Below are positions 56,376 to 64,000 of a stretch of 64,000 nt of DNA, piece by piece; the stretch's first letter is position 1; each line of letters starts with the position of its first letter. This DNA comes from Auanema rhodensis (lineage: Eukaryota > Animalia > Nematoda), in contig OZ059899.1 in NCBI GenBank assembly GCA_964057225.1, positions 6,820,001-6,884,000 of the forward strand. The letters run 5' to 3'. Both the position numbers and the translations under genes were made by a program. The notes under the pieces were generated by a model, which was not told the origin of the DNA, ran no database searches, and worked only from the letters and a program-made list of their open reading frames with translations.

Positions 56376-57566
56376 TATAATAAATTATATGCTATTTTTA
56401 TCCTATTTCTATCCTATTTCTATCTTATTTACTCATTGTTTTGAGACAGAGAGAGTTGAGGAGAGGGTGGAGACTGAATTCCTCACTACTATTTTATAAA
56501 TTGGTTCAGCTGATCTTACAGGTACAAACATGTTCTCCTTTCTGGGTGATTTAAATAGAAACAAAATCCTGTTTTAGGTTTATACTTCTTATAAATACCA
56601 ACGATATCTGAAAAGTATGACAATACATCACAATACAAACTATAACTAACACAACTGTGTTCTCTAATTTTTTTTAAATATATAATTTAGTCTTTATATT
56701 AAATAACTAAAAATCTAGAACATTACTTTTTAACTGCTGAAATATAAACTTGAAAACAAACAACTGAAATCAGTTACCAAAAACAACTTTTTTCTTTATA
56801 TTTTCAATCTTAATATTAGTAGGTAAGAAGCATTATAAATTCTATCACTCGAATATATATATATATATATACCAGACATAAATCTTATAATTTTTTCGTA
56901 GGTATTTCAATCTGCAATCATTGCTATTTTCAAGTTGACTTTGATTTAATAATTATTATAAGCAGGTTTTGCAGATATTAACTATAACAATGTTAGTAAT
57001 TAGATTAACTTCTTTAATTTACTGGCAAAAATAACACCAATGTTTTGCTGTACTTCTTTTCGTTTTTCAGAATTTTTATTTTCCTATATGAATTTTAGTC
57101 TAGATATTTTTGATAATATATATATCAGCTTCAAAGGTATACATAAAACAAATGAAAAGCTGGAAAAAAAAATTCGAACGTTTAGATCAAAAAACATTAC
57201 CACTTGAAAGAATGAGCTTTACCAATTACACTGCAAAAAAAATATTTAATTTCAATACTATATTTCTCAAAATATAAAATAAGATATATATAGAAACTAA
57301 GTATTTGTTTTAATTACTGATTGTCACAATAATTTTAGCTATATTGCAAAAGGACTAAATTGCTTTTTGAACGCTCAAATTACGGTATTTCTCTAGTACG
57401 TAACAAACAATTAGAACGTGCGGCATTTGCGTACGGCGTGAGTTATTGGAGTTTTTGAATTTCGAATATTGCATTCGGTATTGTATGATGCTTTAATCGT
57501 CCACATAATATAAAAAATATTTATTCGTATCGTGAGATTTTTAAATATTGTTATAATTTTAAGGAA

Positions 57567-60246
57567 ATGATGGAATCTGATGAGGATGATAGACGGGCGC
57601 GTGAAAAGTTTCCGCGTGAACGTGATCACAAAAGGGATGACGATAGGTTTCAGATAGTAAAATATTATTCATCATAATTTGTATATCTAGGTATAATGGG
57701 GGCTTAAAACGATCAGGAAGTCGTAGAGACGAATACAATGGGTCCAAGCGTGGTCGTTTAGAGTAAGTAGATAAAACCAAAATTCAATATTGCAATTTGT
57801 TTAGCTCTGACCATGACCGTGATGATAGTGTATTGCTGTCATTTAAGAAGTTTTTGTTAACACAAGTGAGTGCTTTATTCAAAGTATGTGTGTTATAAGT
57901 TACTGTTTCAGGAGGATGACATCACAGATGACCAGGCTGTTAGCAAATATAATGAGTATAAAGTTGATTTCAGTAGAAAAATCTTGCAAAAATTTTTCAC
58001 CACCCATAAAGATGAAGAATGGTTATAAATTCACAAGTTGTATGATTTTTTACATTTACAACTTACAGGTTCCGACAAAAATATCATCCGGATGATGTTT
58101 CGAAAATTTCATCTGCTCATTTAGAGTCTGTTAAAAAACGACTTGAAATATTTGACGATCTCAGATCAAAGGGTGTTTTTGAAACTGTTTCCTTAGATCA
58201 AGAACATACACAGGAAATAATTAAAATTTTAGATTCTGGTTAGTGAAGCATTTGTTATAACATTTGAATTTTTTTTTCAGTTGTGATACTTCTGGAAGGG
58301 GGTAATCAGGAAGACTTGGAGGCTTTGAAAAACGAAGCTGTGGAAGATGATTCCATCTCTGATGTAGATAAACAAAATAAAGAGGAAAAAGAAAAAACCG
58401 AATCATCCGATGAAAAAACAGATGCTGTTGCTTCTGAAACTGAAGGTAAAGTTACTCTGTTGTGTTTTCTATAGTAAATAAATAGTCCTATCAGAAGGAG
58501 AAAGAAAAAAATCCGCCTGTCTCCACAAGACATCATCTATTTTCATTCGTAATATTCCTCCTAATGTTACCACTGAAGAATTGGAAGCTGTAAGATGACT
58601 GTTCTAGTTATCAAATAACAATTTTTTTTTCAGTTATGTAAGAGAAGTCCTGGATTTTTAAGATTAGCACTGGGTGATGCTGCTTCTGATAAAAAGTTTT
58701 CGAGAAGAGCTTGGGCTACTTACAAGAGGGATGTTAATATTAAAGAAATTTGTTGGAACATTAACAACGTTCGGGTTAGTATAAATTACAACATTGTATT
58801 AACGCATATTCTGCTTAGGTTAAGGAGGCCGATCTCAGTGCTATTATTAATCGAGATCTAACTAGACGATTGAGAACAACCAACGGAATTACCGCTCACA
58901 AACAAGTAGCTTTGAATGATCTTAGAATTGCCGCTAAGGTTTGATTAACTTTATTTAGTTTTTAATTTTTTTTGGTGTAGCTAGCTGCCATGTATGATAA
59001 ACGTCTCGGTCTATATGGCGAGGAAGAAGTTCCCATTGAGGAGAGATTAAAAGACATTAGGATGGGAGTTGATCTTATTAGTAGCAGCAAAAATCCTCTT
59101 GTCAAGCAAGTAAGCATTCCTTTCTCTACCTTGTTTATTTTTCAACGTTAGGCTAAAACTGTTCTGATGGATACTGAAGCTGAAGAAATTAGTCCTGAAG
59201 AGGAAGAACTTTTGCGTATGTCATAATGTAGTAAAATCATTATTAATATTTTTTTTAGGTCGTTCGGGTGAAGATGCTTCTGGTGGATCTGAAGAAAAAG
59301 GTGTATTCGCCAGAGAGGAGACAGTTCTTCGTGCTTTGGATAACTTGGTATTCTATCTTAGAATTGTACACTCAGCCGATTTTTATGGGCACTTAGACTA
59401 CCCTAATGAGGATAATATGCCTAGCAGGTACTAAATATGTTCATATATTTTTACTTGAACTCTTCATACTAGGTGCGGAATTCTTCATGTGCGTGGGCAA
59501 TCTCCAAATGGAAGCCAGTGGGGAACATCAGATGACGGAAAGGTATTGGTGTCTAACAAATTCATCACTGTAAGTGAATTTTGTTTTTATATATGATAGT
59601 TTATTCTGTATAGGATTTCATTTCTGGTTTCAATCAGCGAATTGAGTCGCATTTGATAAATACTGATTACATCACTGATGAAGACTTGGTTAAGCTGGGC
59701 AAGAAGGACGGTGAAAAGTATGATCTTTTTATATCAATTATATATAATTCATGTGTTACAGGGAAGTTGAAATTTTCATAGAGACCAATACTGTGGAGCT
59801 GGCGAAAGATAAGTGGTTGTGCCCACTTTCTGGAAAAAAGTTCAAGGGTCCTGAATTTATTCGAAAACATTTGCTCACGAAGCACGAAGAGAAGCTGAAT
59901 GAAGTAAAGCAGGAAGCCGATTTCTTCAATAATTATTTGGCTGATCCAAAACGACCTACTGAACCAGAGACTAAATCTACACCTACACCTAATAGGGAAG
60001 ATGATCGAAGAGAAGATCGTTATCGTTAGTTTATATTAATGTTTAAAAATGTAATACATTAATTAAGGCTCTGCAGATAGATCACGTGGACCCTCTTCAC
60101 GTGGTTACGGCAATTATGGTGGGGGTGGACAGCAACAACGCGATGGATATCGCTCTGGTGGAAGATATTTTGAAGATGCTGGTCGTCGTGATTCCAGACC
60201 CCAAGTTTCTTATAGAGATTTAGACGCACCTGATGATATGGCTTAG
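57567..60246 (+). CDS. SRRT: Ars2 / Serrate RNA effector homolog, multi-exon
   Basis: [19 protein letters not shown]...[27 protein letters not shown]...HKDEEWFRQKYHP...[17 protein letters not shown]...[14 protein letters not shown]...[11 protein letters not shown]...[15 protein letters not shown]. The C2H2 finger is [25 protein letters not shown], and the conserved C-terminus is [13 protein letters not shown]. Confidence 0.96.
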
Positions 60247-60761
60247 AACCAATATATCGTATTTTTTCTCTCGGTTGTAATTTAGTATTCTGGTCTCGCG
60301 TTTTCTATATGCGGCTCCTAAAAATCCTTTTGTTATGCGTAAATTAATCAACGTTGTTTCCTGCTATAAGTTGGTGTTGTTTATTTATTACTATGTTGTC
60401 GTTTAACTTTCCTTGACTGTTAAATTATTCAATTAGAAGTGTTTTTTATTATTTTTATCTGACGAACCTTGAAATGTAGTTCGCATGAACTTCTATGATT
60501 TTGAACAACTATCGCAGAGTGTCAAGAGTTTCTTTTTTCTTTTGTAGGCACTCTTGCCTCTTAAGAGACTGAGAAGCCAGTATATCCTTTATCTAAAAGA
60601 TTTGAATTAGGATTCTAAGAAGTAGATTCCGGAATGTTTTAACAGTTTGAAAGAAGTTTGATTTGTACAAAATGTATACCAAAGTGTTTCGTATAACGCT
60701 GTTTCTGATTTAAAAATTCATTCTGATTATATTTCTCACCGTTCTAATTATATCTTTCAGT

Positions 60762-61966
60762 ATGTTTTTTCTGGTATTTGTTATTTTCTTTTGTCCAAGT
60801 TACACGTCGTCATGTGCAGCTACAGGGAATTCAGATCCACCTCTAACAACGACAACAGTAGCTACAGGTTTTTAAAAAATAAACATAATATTTCTTATTT
60901 GATGTTTTCGGTTATGTGAGTTTATTGAATTTCAGTCATTACAACTACAGAAACCACAGAAACTACTGAGGTAACCACTGAGGTAACTACTGAAGAACCT
61001 ACAACAACGGAAATTGTAACAACTACGGAAGCTAAAGAACCAGGTATTCGTAAACATGACAAAACCTATTTTATTGAACGTTGCTTCCTCATAAAATGAA
61101 TCTTCGCTATCATCGTTGAAAGAGACTTTTTAAGTAACTTCTGTTAACTCTTTACTATAATAACGGTTTTCAGAACCAGCGTGCAAAGCAGAAGCTTTGA
61201 ATTTGGTAATGATAGATCCAGCTGCTATAAATTTTGCAGTAGCAGAAATAACTACTGTCAATGGTGTAACTACATATACATTAACTTGTGCTGGAGAAAG
61301 CGATCAAGATATAGCACTTATTTCGGTAAATCAATAGGATATATAAAAAAATTCGAAAAAAAAAAATAAAGTGGAGCTCATTAAAATTGACTTTCTCATA
61401 GCTTTACAAAGCTGATGATGAGTGTTCTTAACATGCTTTAAAAAACGTTCTAATCCGCTAATTCGAATACTCGAAACATTTAAACTTCATGCGCAATATC
61501 TACATGCATTCCGTTCCAATTGAATAATTTCCGGATCTTCTTTTGAACATATCCCGGCCTTGATGTATGAACTTAATGACACACGGCGACCAGACTATTC
61601 ATATTGTTCTTTAAACTATCACCTTAAAAAGACCTTTCATTATTTAATTTAAGTCAATCAACATCCATTTAAGTTTTCATCATCGATTCTCAAGACTGAA
61701 TTCGTTAAATCTCTTACGATAAAAGTTAATCTTATACGATGAAAGTTATTAGAATTCTCTGCTTCTGTGATGTAACAGGATGCTTCGCAAATTAGTTCTT
61801 TTATCCAAGCTACGTATAATTCCGCTAAATTTAGTTGAACCTTGATGGCGCAGGAGCTGTTCAAGACGATGGTTCAGTGACAATTCCTTTAGATTGCAAT
61901 GCTGCTACAGGACAATGGGAAATGATGAATGTGCCAATAACGGATGCGGAATGTATTGTATTTTAA
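60762..61966 (+). CDS. Secreted Thr-rich C6-domain protein, 4 exons
   Basis: Signal peptide MFFLVFVIFFFCPSYTSS, then CAAT, a Thr/Glu-rich stalk (TTETTETTEVTTEVTTEEPTTTE), and PACK...YTLTCAG...LDCNAATGQW...ITDAECIVF*, the Cys spacing of nematode C6 domains. Confidence 0.8.
61400..61830 (-). pseudogene. Degenerate LTR-retrotransposon (Gypsy-like) pol fragment, integrase Zn-binding region, inside intron 3 of the first C6 gene; boundaries approximate
   Basis: The minus strand reads KVIV*RT / (frameshift) SLVAVCH*VHTSRPGYVQKKIRKLFNWNGMHVDIAHEV*MFRVFELA. This matches the integrase H2C2 pattern ..VP...L+..CH....HPG......+R..F.W.GM..DI...V..C..C with in-frame stops and lost cysteines. Confidence 0.55.
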
Positions 61967-62108
61967 TAACATTTAGATTGTACAATAATTTATTTATTTT
62001 TGTAAATTATATTCTTTTCTATTCACATTTGTCATATACGTTATCTTCTTTTATATTATAATATATTTAATAGATATTTTAATTATAATGAAATTATTAT
62101 AGTTTAAA

Positions 62109-62706
62109 ATGTTTGTTATATTATATACCTTCATTGGATTATGGCTCTATAGTTATACTATGCTGGTGGAAGGATGTGCAGCTACGAATCCTGGAGGTTC
62201 CATAACAACAACAGCAAAACCTCCGGTAACAACTACTTTGGTTGCAACAGGTTGTCTAGATATCATATAATATTTAGTTGATTTATAATAAATTTAAGGA
62301 TGTAGGGATTGTACATTAGATAATCCATCAATTATGCATATAAAGAAAGATGATGGAGCTAAAGATATTGAAATAGATGAAGTAAGCATAGGCGATGATG
62401 GATGTGCGATAAGAACAATCACCTGTATAGGGACTGGACCTGGTAGTACCGTCCTTTTAGCTGTAAGTCTTTAAGATATGTATTTATGTAAACTATATCA
62501 ATCTTATATATTTAATATATTATATACTATAAACTATTTAGTGGAATTCGGATGCTGCTGGTATAACAATGGGTGATAATGGAGCAAATACAGTTACTGA
62601 TACACTTGTATGTAATGCTGAAGGAACTGCATGGGTTTTATTTCATAATTTTCATGGACCTGAAGAAAATCGTCCAATTAACCAAGTTGAATGTGTAGCA
62701 TCATAA
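62109..62706 (+). CDS. Secreted C6/DUF281-like domain protein, 3 exons, tandem relative of the preceding gene
   Basis: MFVILYTFIGLWLYSYTMLVEG-CAATNPGG...TTT...GCRDC...DGCAIRTITCIG...LVCNAEGTAW...INQVECVAS*. Confidence 0.82.
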
Positions 62707-63027
62707 TATTATAATTAACATTCAAAATAATGTTGAATATATAAAAAAAAATATTCTACATTAATAATTATTTTATATTAATATTTATTTATTTTAACAA
62801 ATGTGCTATAAGATTTTATTTGTATTTATTTATGTATTTTATTTAATTCAATTGAATACAGGTTATAAAGACTTTGCTTGTTCATGTAATATACAAATTT
62901 TCCGCTTGGATGCTATTTCCGGCAGAATATAATTTTAGGTGAGCTATGAAATTGATTTACAACTAAGAGCAGTAATTTCTAAATACTATTCGCAAACACT
63001 ATATTAATCTTATTCGGTTTATAACAA

Positions 63028-64000
63028 ATGTCTTCTGGATCAAGATCCCGTTTTTTAAATCGGAACCGCGATTCTCATGCCGGTTCTATCTCACGAAGGT
63101 CAGGCGTACCTCTGGGGAAAGCACCAATTCCGAAACTTACTTCTGTGGTTAAGCAATCCAATGTACAAGTATTAGATCCTTACGGCAAGGTTAGATGAAA
63201 CTTAAGAAATTTTATTAAGTTATACCATGGTATTTGTAAACTTTAATTCGTTTATTTTTGAATTGAAACCGAATATAAATATAATTATTGGTCTCGTCTA
63301 ATGAATAATATTATAGTTGGAATCGTATGTAATAAGTGTATTTAACCGGGTTTTCGCTGGAAGTTTTATTAATATGCCTAAACCTTTAAGTAAATTGGTA
63401 AGAGTTTTTACAAGGTTCGTTTTATGAATGATGAATCATATATAATTAATTCGGACAAATATTCAAGTTCTACATTTACCGACACAACAATAGAACGCAA
63501 CGCACTTATGGAAGAAGTGTACCCTAAACTGAAAGAATACTGTCGGGAGACTTATGGACTTGATTTTCAGGTGAAAATGTGTAAATTAAATAAATGTTTT
63601 CATTAAAAATTAGTTCAGGTAGTCGATATGAGATGGGGAGTTCGTGATGAAGCTACAGACGATCATATGACTACAAAACTGTGTATTAATGAAATAGCAA
63701 ATTGTCAACGTTTATCTGTTGGAGCAAACTTTGTTGTATTTCTTAAAATTTTGCTTTTAGCTTTTATCAAAATATTCTTTAGGTGTTTTTATGTCAAAAA
63801 TATGGATATCGTCCAATTCCATCTGAAATATTAGGAACAGAAATGAGATTATTATTAGATATTTTGAAAGAAGATAATGAAGATACTTCTTTACTGGAAA
63901 CATGGTTAGATTCTACAGTTGAATATGGTTATGATATATCCAAAAGCTATTATCTCATTTTGAAAAACTATATCATAACAAGCGGTTGAATTATATGATT
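63028..64000 (+). CDS. NACHT and WD-repeat protein (NWD1/NWD2-like), N-terminal DUF4062-type region; runs off the window end
   Basis: Spliced: MSSGSRSRFL...KLVRVFTSSTFTDTTIERNALMEEVYPKLKEYCRETYGLDFQVVDMRWGVRDEATDDHMTTKLCINEIANCQRLSVGANFVVFLCQKYGYRPIPSEI, the hallmark NWD-family N-terminus. Confidence 0.92.

Overview
Eukaryotic, very AT-rich genomic DNA with many tiny (mostly ~41-55 nt) GT-AG introns, TTTTCAG-type acceptors and acceptors sitting right in front of start codons (trans-splicing pattern). This points to a nematode; the species cannot be determined. The supplied ORF track is mostly exon fragments or noise, so the genes were rebuilt by hand-splicing, and gene names rest on recalled sequence similarity, not database searches. 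In order: beta-carbonic anhydrase bca-1 (+); a convergent two-doublecortin(DCX)-domain gene (-); ~15 kb non-coding; SK-type K+ channel kcnl-3 (+); tRNA-Ala(AGC); a Pro/Gln-rich unknown gene (-); a small MSP-domain gene (+); a full-length P-glycoprotein of the pgp-12/13/14 group (-); a Ly6/three-finger GPI-type gene (-); ~10 kb non-coding with a 700-bp Tc1/mariner-type MITE; Ars2/Serrate (+); two tandem C6-domain secreted-protein genes (+), the first with a decayed LTR-retrotransposon integrase fragment in an intron; and the 5' end of a NACHT/WD (NWD-like) gene (+). There are no CRISPR arrays, rRNA or prokaryotic systems, and I cannot demonstrate a new biological system. The best leads are a possible X-box-driven internal promoter giving a one-DCX isoform, a YxxxxL-phi (eIF4E-binding-like) motif in the unknown P/Q-rich protein, strong gene-by-gene differences in intron GC content, and a candidate operon at the right end.
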